Shown: positions 11,198 through 21,884, counted from the stretch's first letter. The stretch: 64,000 bases of DNA from an uncultured Chloroflexia bacterium (GCA_963813335.1 CAWEYL010000001.1:224001-288000); one strand, 5' to 3'. The notes: generated from the sequence alone by a model not told the origin. Program-made: numbers and translations.

Positions 11198-11844
11198 CGT
11201 CGGTCGATCGGTCGGGCGTCGGCCGGCCGGACCCCGCGGGGCCGGCCGGGGGTCGTGAGCTCGAAGCCGTCGGCGCCGTCGCGGCTGGCCGACACCGCGA
11301 GGATCGCGACCGCCCCGCCGAGCCCGGCGATGAGCCCCGCGGTGACGAGCTGCTCGAGCGCACCGGGGGTGCCGCCCAGGGCGACGCGCACCAGCAGGGC
11401 GCCATCGGTCAGCAGCAGCAGGCCGATCCCGACGCGCACGACGTCGCGGCCGGTCCACAGCGGCGCGACCGCGAGCGCCGCGAGGGCGAAGCCGGCCGCC
11501 TGGGCGAGCGCGGGACCCTGGCCGACCACGCCGAGTCCGTGCGTCCCATAGCCGACGGTCGCGGCGGCGGCGGCGACGGCCGCCTCGGCGGCCCAGCCGA
11601 GCCGGGAGCCGCCGGTCAGCGCCCCGCCCGTCCGCAGCGCGATCCACAGCAGGTAGGCGGCCAGGACCGCCCCGACGACCCGGGCGGCCAGGCCGAGGGT
11701 GTCGGCCAGCGGATCGGCCAGGAACGGGGACCCGATGAGGAGGACGGCCAGCCCGAGGACCGCGGCCCGGGCATCCCGGACCGAGACCGCCACGATCGCG
11801 CCGATCGTGATGGCGAGGGCGACCCCCGCCAGGGCAGGGTTCAC
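11194..11844 (-). CDS. Polytopic membrane protein (about 7 TM; possibly HyfE/NuoJK-like)
   Basis: Highly hydrophobic; GTGA overlaps with both lepB and the downstream gene. Confidence 0.65.
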   Translation of the reverse strand: MNPALAGVALAITIGAIVAVSVRDARAAVLGLAVLLIGSPFLADPLADTLGLAARVVGAVLAAYLLWIALRTGGALTGGSRLGWAAEAAVAAAAATVGYGTHGLGVVGQGPALAQAAGFALAALAVAPLWTGRDVVRVGIGLLLLTDGALLVRVALGGTPGALEQLVTAGLIAGLGGAVAILAVSASRDGADGFELTTPGRPRGVRPADARPIDRR

Positions 11845-12440
11845 GGCGTGACCGGCACCAACGCTGGGTAGGTGGGCGTCGGGAGGATCCCGAACGTGTC
11901 GAGCGGCCAGTAGCGGAGCCACGCCCGGCCGACCACGTTGTCGACGGGGACCGTGCCGTGGGCGCGCGAATCCGAGGAGTTGGACCGGTGGTCGCCCATG
12001 AGGAAGAGCTCGCCCTGCGGGATCACCCAGTTCGACTGGTCCGAGTCCGCGGTCGTCGGCTGGGGCGGCCCGCCGGGCACGTCCGAGTAGATGTACGGCT
12101 CGTCCAGCGCGGTCCCGTTGACGTAGACCAGGCCGTCGCGGATCTCGACCGTGTCGCCGCCGACACCGATGACGCGCTTGATGTACGGCGTGTCGTCGAA
12201 CGGGCCCCAGTCGGGTGGCGGCTTGAAGACCACGATGTCCCCGCGCTTGTAGGCGTCCCAGCGGGGGGTGAGCTTGTCGACCAGGACGTACTGGTCGGGC
12301 TCGAGCGTGTGCTCCATCGACTGCATCTGCACCTTGTAGGGCTGCGCGACGAAGTTCTGGATGACGAAGAAGATGATGAGCGTGAGGGCCAGGGTCTCGA
12401 CGATCTCGAAGAGGCACCCGAGCGCGGGCCGTTTGCTCAC
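11841..12440 (-). CDS. lepB: Signal peptidase I
   Basis: N-terminal TM, SMEHTL (Ser), YIKRVIG (Lys), GDHRSNSSDSR. Confidence 0.95.
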   Translation of the reverse strand: MSKRPALGCLFEIVETLALTLIIFFVIQNFVAQPYKVQMQSMEHTLEPDQYVLVDKLTPRWDAYKRGDIVVFKPPPDWGPFDDTPYIKRVIGVGGDTVEIRDGLVYVNGTALDEPYIYSDVPGGPPQPTTADSDQSNWVIPQGELFLMGDHRSNSSDSRAHGTVPVDNVVGRAWLRYWPLDTFGILPTPTYPALVPVTP

Positions 12441-12540
12441 AAGGCGCGTCGGTGGGTCACAAGTCCGGCAGTATAGGGGCTGTCCGGCACGACCGCCGTG
12501 GGCGTCGAGGCCGACTGCATATCGGGCCGATGACGCGGGT

Positions 12541-12570
12541 TTGACCCGCTCTCCGGCGCCTTGCTACACT
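12541..12570 (+). promoter_or_regulatory. Sigma70-type promoter for hppA
   Basis: TTGACC-18 nt-TACACT with TG extension, about 150 nt upstream of the start codon. Confidence 0.55.
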
Positions 12571-12719
12571 CGCCGCCGGCCTGCAAGGTCCCACTCGCCG
12601 ATGCATGGGACGGGCGGCCGGCAGCACGCATTCCCCGGACATGTCGCCCCAAGGCGGCGCCCATCACGCGCCCGACCGCCCGGGGCGACCAGCCCATTCG
12701 TGGAGGACCCTCTGACCTG

Positions 12720-14954
12720 ATGGATGCCAGTGCGCTCCAGCTGATCATCCTGCCCGCAGGTTTGATCGCCGTGCTCTTCGCGATCTACCTCGCCCGCGAC
12801 GTCCTCAGCCGTGACACGGGCACCCAGGAGATGCAGGACGTCGCCGGCACCATCTACGAGGGCGCGGTCGCGTTCATCCGGCGCCAGTACACGACGATCG
12901 CCATCCTGGCGCTCGTCGGGGCCGTCCTGATCGGCATCATCATCACGCTCGTCGAGACCGCGGCGGTCGCAGACGTCCCGAAGCTCGCCGGGCTCCCGAT
13001 CGGGCTCATGACGGCGTTCGCGTTCCTGGTGGGCGCCGCCTGCTCGATGGCCTCGGGCATCATCGGCATGTTCGTGGCGGTCAAGGCCAACGTCCGCACG
13101 GCCTCCGCGGCGCGACGGAGCCTCGTCGAGGCCGTCCAGGTCGCGATGCGCGGCGGCGCCGTCTCGGGGTTCCTCGTCGTCTCGCTGTCGCTCCTCGGCG
13201 TGTGGGGCATCTTCACCCTCTACCAGAACTTCGTCGGCGACGTCACCGTGGCCGACGCGCCATTCCTCATCGTCGGCTTCGGCTTCGGCGCCTCGTTCGT
13301 GGCCCTGTTCGCCCAGCTCGGCGGCGGGATCTACACCAAGGCCGCCGACGTCGGGTCCGACCTCGTCGGCAAGGTGGAGAAGGGCATCCCCGAGGACGAT
13401 CCCCGCAACGCGGGCGTCGTCGCGGACCTGGTCGGCGACAACGTCGGCGACTGCGCCGGCCGCGGCGCGGACCTCTTCGAGTCCACCGCCGCCGAGAACA
13501 TCGGCGCGATGATCCTGGGCGTCGCGGTCTTCACGATCGCGTCCGCCTCGGGCTGGCCGCACCCCGAAGCCTGGATCTTCTTCCCGCTCGTTGTCCGCGC
13601 CTTCGGGCTCCTGGCGACGATCGTGGCGATCTTCTTCGTCCGCGGCAAGGAGACCGAGGACCCGATGAACATGCTCAACCGCGGCTACTGGGTCACGACC
13701 CTGCTGTCCGTGGTCGGGCTGGCCATCACGACCTCGGTGATGATGCAGACCAACGGCGGCGTCGGGACCATCTTCGCCCTGCCGACCTGGGTCTACTTCT
13801 TCTTCGCCGGCGTCGTCGGCCTGGCGACCAGCGTCGCGTTCGTCTACATCACCCAGTTCTATACCGCCGGCTCGTTCCGGCCGGTACGCGAGATCGCCGA
13901 GGCCTCCAAGACGGGTCCGGCGACCAACATCATCAGCGGCACCGCGGTCGGCTTCGAGACCACCCTGGTCACCGCGGTCACGATCTCCATCGCGCTGTTC
14001 GTGAGCTTCTGGCTCGGCGACCACGCGGGGCTGGTCAGCGCCGACGGCAAGAACGTCGGTGGCATCTTCGGCACCGCGGTCGCGACGATGGGCATGCTCA
14101 TGACCACCGCCTACATCCTCGCCATGGACACCTTCGGCCCGATCACCGACAACGCCGGCGGCATCGCCGAGTTCAGCCGGGCCGAGAAGGGCGCGCGCGA
14201 GATCACCGACCGGCTCGACGCCGTCGGCAACACGACCAAGGCCCTGACCAAGGGCTACGCGATCGCCTCCGCGTCGCTGGCGGCGTTCCTGCTGTTCAGC
14301 GCCTACATCAACAAGATCAACGTGATCCAGGGCCGGCGCATCGAGGCCGGCATCGACGGCGCCAAGCTCCTCGAGTCCGTCAACCTCGCCAACGTCAACG
14401 TCTTCATCGCGGCGCTCCTCGCGGCGATGCTCGTCTACTTCTTCTCGAGCCTGGCCATCCGCGCGGTCGGCAAGACGGCCCAGTCGATCATCGTCGAGGT
14501 CCGCCGCCAGTTCCGCGACATGCCCGGGATCATGGACTACACCCAGCGACCGGACTACGCCCGCGTCGTCGACATCACGACCAAGGCCGCCCTCCGCGAG
14601 ATGGTCGCCCCGGGGCTGGTCGCCGTCGCGACGCCGATCCTCATCGGCGTCTTCCTCGGCTACGAAGCGGTCGCTGGCATGCTGATGGTCGGGACCATCT
14701 CGGGCGTCATGCTCGCGACCGTCCTCAACAACGGCGGCGGCGCGTGGGACAACGCGAAGAAGTACATCGAGTCGGGCCAACTCAAGGACGACGAGGGCAA
14801 CGTGCTCGGCAAGGGCTCCGACGCGCACGCCGCGGCCGTCGTCGGCGACACCGTCGGTGACCCCTTCAAGGACACCGCCGGCCCGTCGCTCCACGTCCTG
14901 GTAAAGCTGCTTGCCACCATCACGCTGGTGCTCGCTCCGCTCTTCATCCGCTGA
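12720..14954 (+). CDS. hppA: Membrane-bound proton-translocating pyrophosphatase, K+-independent type
   Basis: GGIYTKAADVGSDLVGKVE, DNVGD, GPITDNAGG, GGAWDNAKK, GDPFKDT; GNTTKA carries the Lys that marks K+-independent enzymes. Confidence 0.96.
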   Translation: MDASALQLIILPAGLIAVLFAIYLARDVLSRDTGTQEMQDVAGTIYEGAVAFIRRQYTTIAILALVGAVLIGIIITLVETAAVADVPKLAGLPIGLMTAFAFLVGAACSMASGIIGMFVAVKANVRTASAARRSLVEAVQVAMRGGAVSGFLVVSLSLLGVWGIFTLYQNFVGDVTVADAPFLIVGFGFGASFVALFAQLGGGIYTKAADVGSDLVGKVEKGIPEDDPRNAGVVADLVGDNVGDCAGRGADLFESTAAENIGAMILGVAVFTIASASGWPHPEAWIFFPLVVRAFGLLATIVAIFFVRGKETEDPMNMLNRGYWVTTLLSVVGLAITTSVMMQTNGGVGTIFALPTWVYFFFAGVVGLATSVAFVYITQFYTAGSFRPVREIAEASKTGPATNIISGTAVGFETTLVTAVTISIALFVSFWLGDHAGLVSADGKNVGGIFGTAVATMGMLMTTAYILAMDTFGPITDNAGGIAEFSRAEKGAREITDRLDAVGNTTKALTKGYAIASASLAAFLLFSAYINKINVIQGRRIEAGIDGAKLLESVNLANVNVFIAALLAAMLVYFFSSLAIRAVGKTAQSIIVEVRRQFRDMPGIMDYTQRPDYARVVDITTKAALREMVAPGLVAVATPILIGVFLGYEAVAGMLMVGTISGVMLATVLNNGGGAWDNAKKYIESGQLKDDEGNVLGKGSDAHAAAVVGDTVGDPFKDTAGPSLHVLVKLLATITLVLAPLFIR

Positions 14955-14980
14955 CCCGAACCGAGAATCTCGGCGCCTAG

Positions 14981-15820
14981 ATGGACACCGTCTTCCAGGC
15001 CCTCGTGATGGGGATCGTGCAGGGACTCACCGAGTTCCTGCCGGTCTCGTCGTCCGGGCACCTGATCCTGGTGCCCTGGCTCTTCGGCTGGACGGACCCG
15101 TTCATCAACTCGCTGGCGTTCAGCGTGATGCTCCACGTAGGCACGCTCGGGGCGCTGCTCATCTACTTCGCGTCGGACTGGATCCGGCTGATCCCGGCCG
15201 GTCTGGCGACCATCCGCGATCGCTCGTTCCGCGGCGATCCGGACCGCAAGCTCGCCTGGCTGCTGCTGGCGGCCACGCTGCCCGCCGCGATCGCCGGCTA
15301 CTTCCTGAACGACATCTTCGAGGAGGCGGTCCGTGCCCCGGGCGTCGTCGCCCTGACGCTGATCGTCGGCGGCGTGATCCTGTGGCTGGCAGACCGCCTT
15401 GGCGCGACGACGAAGCGCATCGGCGATGTCACGTTCCCGCTGGCCTTCGGGCTGGGTGTCGCGCAGGCGATCGCGCTGGTTCCCGGCATCAGCCGGTCGG
15501 GCATCTCGATCTCGGCGGCCCGGTTCGCCGGGCTCGACCGTGCCTCGGCGACGCGCTTCAGTTTCCTCATGGCCACCCCAGTGACCGCCGGCGCGGCGCT
15601 GTTCGAGTTCCGCAAGCTGGTCGCCGGCGAGTCCGGGGTCGACGTCAGCATCGCTCCGCTGCTCGTCGGCCTCGTCGCCGCGTTCCTGTCGGGCCTCGTC
15701 GCGATCCGCGTGCTGCTGACCTACGTCCGCACCCACTCGTTCGACGTCTTCGTGGTGTACCGGTTCGTGCTCGCAGGGGGCGTGCTGCTGCTCATCGCGA
15801 CCGGGATCCGGCCCGCCTAG
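14981..15820 (+). CDS. uppP: Undecaprenyl-diphosphate phosphatase
   Basis: GIVQGLTEFLPVSSSGH and PGISRSG motifs. Confidence 0.96.
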   Translation: MDTVFQALVMGIVQGLTEFLPVSSSGHLILVPWLFGWTDPFINSLAFSVMLHVGTLGALLIYFASDWIRLIPAGLATIRDRSFRGDPDRKLAWLLLAATLPAAIAGYFLNDIFEEAVRAPGVVALTLIVGGVILWLADRLGATTKRIGDVTFPLAFGLGVAQAIALVPGISRSGISISAARFAGLDRASATRFSFLMATPVTAGAALFEFRKLVAGESGVDVSIAPLLVGLVAAFLSGLVAIRVLLTYVRTHSFDVFVVYRFVLAGGVLLLIATGIRPA

Positions 15821-15827
15821 GCCGGCC

Positions 15828-16310
15828 ATGGAGGTCATGAAGCAGCTCCGCCAGCGGGCCATCCGGGACCTCGTCGAGCAGCGCCCCATCCGGACCCAGC
15901 AGGAGCTCGCGACCGCGCTGCGCGAGCGCGGGTTCCGCACCACCCAGGCGACCATCAGCCGCGATGTCGCCGAGCTGGGCCTGATCAAGGTCGCGCGCGA
16001 GGGCACCGCCGCCTACGCGCTGCCGCCGCGGCTCATCGAGGCCGAGACGTCCGGCGAGGACCGTCTGCGCAAGCTCCTGTCCGACCTGCCGCTCGAGATC
16101 CACGAGGCCGGGCTGCTGCTCGTCCTGCGCACGCTGCCGGGGTCGGCGCACGCCATCGCCGCCGCGCTCGACCGCGCTCGCTGGCCCGAGGTCGCCGGCT
16201 CCATCGCCGGCGACGACACGCTCTTCGTGGCGCTCCCGGACCGCGGCTCACTGCAGCGCATCAAGCGTCGGCTCCTGCGCCTGTCCGAGGGCGGGCCGCC
16301 GCAGCCTTGA
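15828..16310 (+). CDS. argR: Arginine repressor
   Basis: TQATISRD winged helix and GSIAGDDT arginine-binding motif. Confidence 0.95.
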   Translation: MEVMKQLRQRAIRDLVEQRPIRTQQELATALRERGFRTTQATISRDVAELGLIKVAREGTAAYALPPRLIEAETSGEDRLRKLLSDLPLEIHEAGLLLVLRTLPGSAHAIAAALDRARWPEVAGSIAGDDTLFVALPDRGSLQRIKRRLLRLSEGGPPQP

Positions 16311-16348
16311 CGGGACTGGTCCGGGCCGCATCGGCCGTTTCGCGTGCT

Positions 16349-16443
16349 TTGACAGCCGAACGGCACCGCACTACCATTCGGGCCCGGTCGGAACTTCAGG
16401 TGCGCGGATCCAGTGCCGCGAGCCACCTGGAGTTCTTTCCTTT
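16349..16443 (+). promoter_or_regulatory. greA promoter followed by a long leader hairpin and pyrimidine tract
   Basis: TTGACA-17 nt-TACCAT (16349-16377); GAACTTCAGGTG (16391-16402) pairs with CACCTGGAGTTC (16424-16435), then TTTCCTTT. Confidence 0.6.
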
Positions 16444-16507
16444 ATCCAGCTTGACCGCCCAGCCCGGTCAGACCACTTGACCACCTGCAGCGCGGGGGCC
16501 ACAGGAC

Positions 16508-16972
16508 GTGAACAACAAGCCCACCTACCTCTCGAAGGAGGGTCTCACCAAGCTCCGCTCGGAGCTTGACGAGATGATCAGCGTCAAGCGGCCCGAGGTC
16601 GCGAATCGGATCCATGACGCCAAGGAACACGGCGACCTGTCCGAGAACGCGGAGTACGAGGACGCCAAGAACGAGCAGGCGTTCGTCGAAGGCAAGATCC
16701 AGACGCTCGAGGCGCTGATCAAGAACGCCACGATCATCGACGAGAATCACTCGACCGAGCACGTCCAGATCGGCTCGACCGTGTCGGTCGAGAGCACCGA
16801 CGGCAGTGAGACCTTCACGATCGTCGGCTCGGCGGAGGCGAAGCCCGGGGAGGGCCGCATCTCCAACGAGAGCCCGGTCGGTCGCGCCCTGCTCGGCAAG
16901 CGCAAGGGCGACAAGATCCTCGTGCGCGTGCCCGCCGGCGACTTCTCCTACAAGATCGTCAGCATCACCTAG
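16508..16972 (+). CDS. greA: Transcription elongation factor GreA
   Basis: HGDLSENAEYEDAK and ISNESPVGRALLG motifs. Confidence 0.97.
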   Translation: MNNKPTYLSKEGLTKLRSELDEMISVKRPEVANRIHDAKEHGDLSENAEYEDAKNEQAFVEGKIQTLEALIKNATIIDENHSTEHVQIGSTVSVESTDGSETFTIVGSAEAKPGEGRISNESPVGRALLGKRKGDKILVRVPAGDFSYKIVSIT

Positions 16973-16992
16973 AAGTAGCCCGCGGAGGGCAC

Positions 16993-18600
16993 ATGGACTG
17001 GGCGGACGAACTCGCGGCACAGGTCCGCGATCGCGGACCCCAGGTCGTCAACGACTCGAAGACCCCATCGGGGACGGTCCACGTCGGGAGCCTGCGCGGG
17101 CCGGTCATCCTCGACACGATCACGCGCGCGCTGCGCGCGAACGGCATCGAGACGACGCTCCTCTACGGCGTCGACGACCTCGACCCGATGGACGCCCAGG
17201 CGCTCCTGACGCCCGACGCGGTCGAGCACGAGATGGGTCGCCCGCTGGCGCACGTGCCCGACCAGGCCGGTGACGGCCACGCCTCGTACGCGCGCCACCA
17301 CGCGCAGGTCTTCATCGACGTCTTCGCCGGGCTCGGCATCCACCCCGACCGCTACTACTGGATGAGCGAGATCTACCCCACCGGCGCCATGGACCCGTAC
17401 CTGCGCATCGCGCTCGACAGGGCCGCCGAGGTGCGCGAGATCTACCGCCGCGTCGCCAACGTCCAGCATCCCGATGCGTGGCACCCGGCGGGCGTCATCT
17501 GCCCGAACTGCGGCAAGGTCGGAACGACCATCGTGACCCAGTGGGACGGCGAGCAGGTCTACTACGAGTGCCGCGCACGCCACGTCGAGTGGGCCACCGG
17601 CTGCGGCGCGTCCGGCTGGATCTCGCCGTTCGGCGGCAACGCCAAGCTGCCGTGGAACCTCGAATGGGCCGCCCAATGGTCGCTGTTCGGCGTGACCATC
17701 GAGCCGTGCGGCAAGGACCTCTCGACCGCGGGCGGGTCGCGCGACCGCAGCGATGCCATCGCCCGCGAGATCTACGAGCGCGAGCCACCGCTCAACGTGC
17801 CCTACGAGTTCCTCAACATCGGCGGCAAGAAGATGTCGACGTCCAAGGGCCGCGGCGCGGCCGCCCACACCATCGCCGAGGTCATCCCGCCGGAGCAGCT
17901 CCGCTTCCTGTTCCTGCGTCCGAAGCCCAACCACGCGATCGAATTCGATCCCGACGGGACCGACCAGATCCCGCGCCTCTTCGACGAGTTCGACAAGTTC
18001 GCGGCGGCGACCGCGGGCCGCGAGGTCAAGGGCGAGCTGCCGCCCGGATATGCGGCGACGTTCCGCTACTCGCTGCTGGACCCCGGTGCGGACGTGGCCG
18101 CCGAAGCCGCCGCGTTCCGTCCCGCGTTCTCGCATCTCGCGCTGCTGGCCCAGGTCCCCGGCGTGGATGTCGCCGCACGCGTCGAGGCGGAGAAGGGGAG
18201 TGCGCTCGACGATCGGGAACGCGCGATCCTGGGCGAACGCGTCGCGGCCGCCCGTGCCTGGCTCGACGCCTACGCGCCGGAGCGATCGCTCGTGCGGGTC
18301 CACGAGACGATCCCGGCCGAGACGACGGACCTCGGCCCGACCGAGCGCCGCTTCCTCGCATCGCTGGCCGACGCGGCATCGGATGCGCGGCTCGAGACCG
18401 GCGATGCCTGGCAGGACGCCATCTTCCGCACGGCCGCCGCGACGGACCTGGAGCCGAGGGGAGCGTTCACCGCCCTCTATCTCGCGTTCCTCGGCCGATC
18501 CAACGGCCCGCGAGCCGGCTGGCTCCTGGCCAGCCTCGATATGGCGTTCGTGATCGACCGCCTGCGTGACGCCGGCCGGATCGGCGAGGTCGTGGCATGA
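16993..18600 (+). CDS. lysS: Lysine--tRNA ligase, class I
   Basis: TPSGTVHVGS (HIGH-like), CPNCG zinc knuckle, KLPWNLEW, EPCGKDL, KKMSTSKG, GPRAG. Confidence 0.94.
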   Translation: MDWADELAAQVRDRGPQVVNDSKTPSGTVHVGSLRGPVILDTITRALRANGIETTLLYGVDDLDPMDAQALLTPDAVEHEMGRPLAHVPDQAGDGHASYARHHAQVFIDVFAGLGIHPDRYYWMSEIYPTGAMDPYLRIALDRAAEVREIYRRVANVQHPDAWHPAGVICPNCGKVGTTIVTQWDGEQVYYECRARHVEWATGCGASGWISPFGGNAKLPWNLEWAAQWSLFGVTIEPCGKDLSTAGGSRDRSDAIAREIYEREPPLNVPYEFLNIGGKKMSTSKGRGAAAHTIAEVIPPEQLRFLFLRPKPNHAIEFDPDGTDQIPRLFDEFDKFAAATAGREVKGELPPGYAATFRYSLLDPGADVAAEAAAFRPAFSHLALLAQVPGVDVAARVEAEKGSALDDRERAILGERVAAARAWLDAYAPERSLVRVHETIPAETTDLGPTERRFLASLADAASDARLETGDAWQDAIFRTAAATDLEPRGAFTALYLAFLGRSNGPRAGWLLASLDMAFVIDRLRDAGRIGEVVA

Positions 18601-19934
18601 GCGTCGGGCTGCAACGGCTCCGCGACGAGCCGGACCTGATCCGCCAGGGCGCCATCGACAAGGGCGAGGACCCGGCCCTGGTCGACCGCGCGCTCGAGCT
18701 CGACGCCAGGCGCCGTCAGCTGCTCGGCGAGAGCGAGACCCTCAAGGCCGAGCGCAACGCCGCCTCGAAGCGGATCGGCGAGGCCATCAAGGGCGGCGCG
18801 GCCCCCGACGGCGACGAGGTCGCTGGGCTCAAGGCAGATTCGACCGCCGCCGGCGAGCGCATCAAGGTCCTCGACGCCGAGCTCGCGGAGGTCGAGGCCG
18901 CCCTCGACGACCAGCTCCTGCGGATCCCGAACCCGGCCGACCCGGACGTGCCGGTCGGTGGCGAGGAGGCCAACGTCACGATCCGCACGTGGGGCGAGCA
19001 GCTCCCGCTCGAGCAGCCGCTGGAGGGCGAGGTGGGCGCGGATGCCCCGGCCGGCGGCGCGACGTGGACGCGCAAGCCCCACTGGGAGCTCGGCGAGGCG
19101 CTCGACATCCTCGACAACGCGCGCGGCGCCAAGATCACCGGCTCGGGCTTCCCCGTCTACAAGGGGGCCGGCTCCGCGCTGCAGCGCGGCCTGATCAACT
19201 GGTTCCTCGACGTCCACACCCGCGAGCACGGCTTCACGGAGGTCTGGCCGCCCGCGGTCGTCAACGCCGACTCGGCGCGCGGCACCGGCCAGATCCCCGA
19301 CAAGGAAGACCAGATGTACGTCGTCACGCGCGACGAGCTCTACCTGGTCCCCACGGCCGAGGTCCCGGTCACCAACCTCCATCGCGACGAGATCTTCGAG
19401 GCGGCCGAGCTGCCGGTCCGCTACGCGGCGTACACCCCGTGCTTCCGCCGTGAGGCCGGGGCCGCCGGGAAGGACACCCGCGGGATCCTGCGCGTCCACC
19501 AGTTCGACAAGGTGGAGATGGTCCTGTTCGAGCGGCCGGAGGACTCTTCGGAAGCCCTCGAATGGATGACGGAGCGAGCGGAGATCCTGCTCCAGCGGCT
19601 GGGCCTCGCCTACCGCGTGCTCCTGATGAGCACCCGCGAGATGGGCTTCACGCAGGCGCGCAAGTACGACCTCGAGGTCTGGTCGCCCGGCGTGGAGCGC
19701 TGGCTGGAGGTCAGCTCCTGCTCGAACTTCAAGGACTTCCAGTCGCGCCGCATGGCCATCCGCTACCGGCCCGAACCGGGCGCCAAGGCCGAGCTCGTCC
19801 ATACGCTGAACGGGTCCGGCCTGGCCCTCGCCCGGATCGTCGCGGCCATCCTCGAGACCTACCAGCAGCCGGACGGCAGCGTGACGGTCCCGCAGGTCCT
19901 GCGCCCGTACCTGGGACGCGACCGGATCGCGTGA
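18597..19934 (+). CDS. serS: Serine--tRNA ligase
   Basis: N-terminal coiled coil; LVPTAEVP, FRREAG, RVHQFDKVE, EVSSCSN, HTLNGSGLA. Confidence 0.97.
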   Translation: MSVGLQRLRDEPDLIRQGAIDKGEDPALVDRALELDARRRQLLGESETLKAERNAASKRIGEAIKGGAAPDGDEVAGLKADSTAAGERIKVLDAELAEVEAALDDQLLRIPNPADPDVPVGGEEANVTIRTWGEQLPLEQPLEGEVGADAPAGGATWTRKPHWELGEALDILDNARGAKITGSGFPVYKGAGSALQRGLINWFLDVHTREHGFTEVWPPAVVNADSARGTGQIPDKEDQMYVVTRDELYLVPTAEVPVTNLHRDEIFEAAELPVRYAAYTPCFRREAGAAGKDTRGILRVHQFDKVEMVLFERPEDSSEALEWMTERAEILLQRLGLAYRVLLMSTREMGFTQARKYDLEVWSPGVERWLEVSSCSNFKDFQSRRMAIRYRPEPGAKAELVHTLNGSGLALARIVAAILETYQQPDGSVTVPQVLRPYLGRDRIA

Positions 19935-19965
19935 ACATGGGTGGTGCGTCCGCGCACTGACCCGC

Positions 19966-21884
19966 ATGGGACTCCCGCCCGCGACGAAGGTCCGGTGGGA
20001 GGTTGCGGTACAGGCCCGTACGCTCGCGGGATCAACGCTCGTGCGGAGACCTGCCTTTTCCGTGTTCGGCTCCGAGCCGCGGATCCGCCGCCCCGTCCTC
20101 CTGCTACTCGTCTACGGCGCCTTCCTCGTGCTGGTCGGCGTCACTGCTTCGGCGCAGGCCTCGATGGTCACGTCCCACTTCACGGACGCCGCGACGAACG
20201 CCGTCGTCGGGGGTGATGTCGCATCGGTCAGGGTCCTGGTCGCCGGGGACCTGCTGAAGGGCACCGACCTGGCTGCGACGGGCGTCCCGGATCCTGTTCG
20301 GCAGGACCAGCTGCGGGAGGTCCTGGCAGCGCTCAACAGCGACGGCGGGATCCTCCATGCCGAGCTGCGCCGCGCGGATGGGACGCTGTTCGCCACGGAC
20401 CAGGAAGGCCCCGTGCCCGTGGTCCCGATCGTCGCGATCGACCAGGCCGCCGACGCCGCCATCGTCCCGCTCGCCGCCGCCGGCGCACACGCCGCCACCG
20501 GCATGACGGCGCCGATGATCCTCCGTGAGCGGCTGCCGATCATGGATCGGGCCGGCGCGCTCCTGGGCGAGCTGACCCTGTGGCGCGACGCCGGGCCGAT
20601 CCTGGCGAAGCTCGATGCCGTGCGCTTCCAGGTCGTGCTGGTCACGCTCAGTGCCGCGGCGGTCGCCGCCCTCTTGCTCTTCCTGATCTTCCGCTCGGCA
20701 CAGAAGCGCCTCAGCCGCCAGACGAAGGAGCTGATCGACTCGACCCGACGGGACCCGCTGACCGGCACCTACAACCACGGGGCGCTGGTGAGCCTGCTCG
20801 CAGGACGGATGGAGACCGCGAAGGCCAACGGCGAGCCCATCGCCGTGGCCCTCATCGACATCGACAACTTCACGCTGCTCAACGACCACCAGGGGCACCG
20901 GGCCGGCGACACGGTGCTCATGACCGTGCTCGATGTCCTCGATGAGGTCTGCCCGGTGGAGGCCGTGATCGGGCGCTACGGCCCGGACGAGTTCCTGGTC
21001 ATCGCGCCGCCGAACGACGTCGCCGGGCTCGAGCCCGCGATCGAGGCGGTCCGCGACGCATTGGTAGAGCGCAGCCTCGACGTCGATGCGGCTGACCGGC
21101 TGCCGATCACGATCAGCGCCGGGATCTCGACATATCCCAAGGACGGGGCGTCGTTGACCGTCCTGCTGGCGACCGTCGCCGCGACCCTCGGCGCGGCCAA
21201 GGCCAGCGGCGGCGACGAGATCAGGGTCACGGGCGATGAGGGGATCGTGGACGGCGGCGCCGCGACCTTCGACGTCCTGCAGGGTCTCGTCTTCGCGGTC
21301 GACACCAAGGACCGCTACACGAAGCGGCACTCGGAGGATGTGGCGCGCTACGCCATCTTCCTCGCCCGGCAGGCGGGCCTCGACGAGCAGACGGTCGGTG
21401 CCGTCCGACTGGCCGGGCTGCTGCACGACATCGGCAAGATCGGCATGCCCGACCATCTCCTACGCAAGCCAGGGGCGCTGACCGACGACGAGTACGAGAT
21501 CGTCAAGCAGCATGTCGTCCTCGGCGACCTGATCGTGCGAGACCTGCCCGACACGGACCTGATCCGCGCCGGGATCCGGCACCACCACGAGCGCTGGGAC
21601 GGGACCGGCTATGTCGACGGACTCGCCGGCGAGGCGATCCCGCTGATCGCCCGCATCGTGTCCGTCGCCGACAGCTTCTCGGCGATGACCACGTCTCGCG
21701 CCTATCGCAAGGCGCTCGACATGGACGAGGCGATCCGGCGCCTCAAGGGCGCGTCCGGGACACAGCTCGACCCCCACCTCGTCGAGCTTTTCGTGAGCAG
21801 GATGCAGACTGTGGCCGATGCTCCGCAACCCGGGCAGGACACGAGCGCGACGATCCGGCTCTGGGCGCCGAAGGCGGTCGCTTG

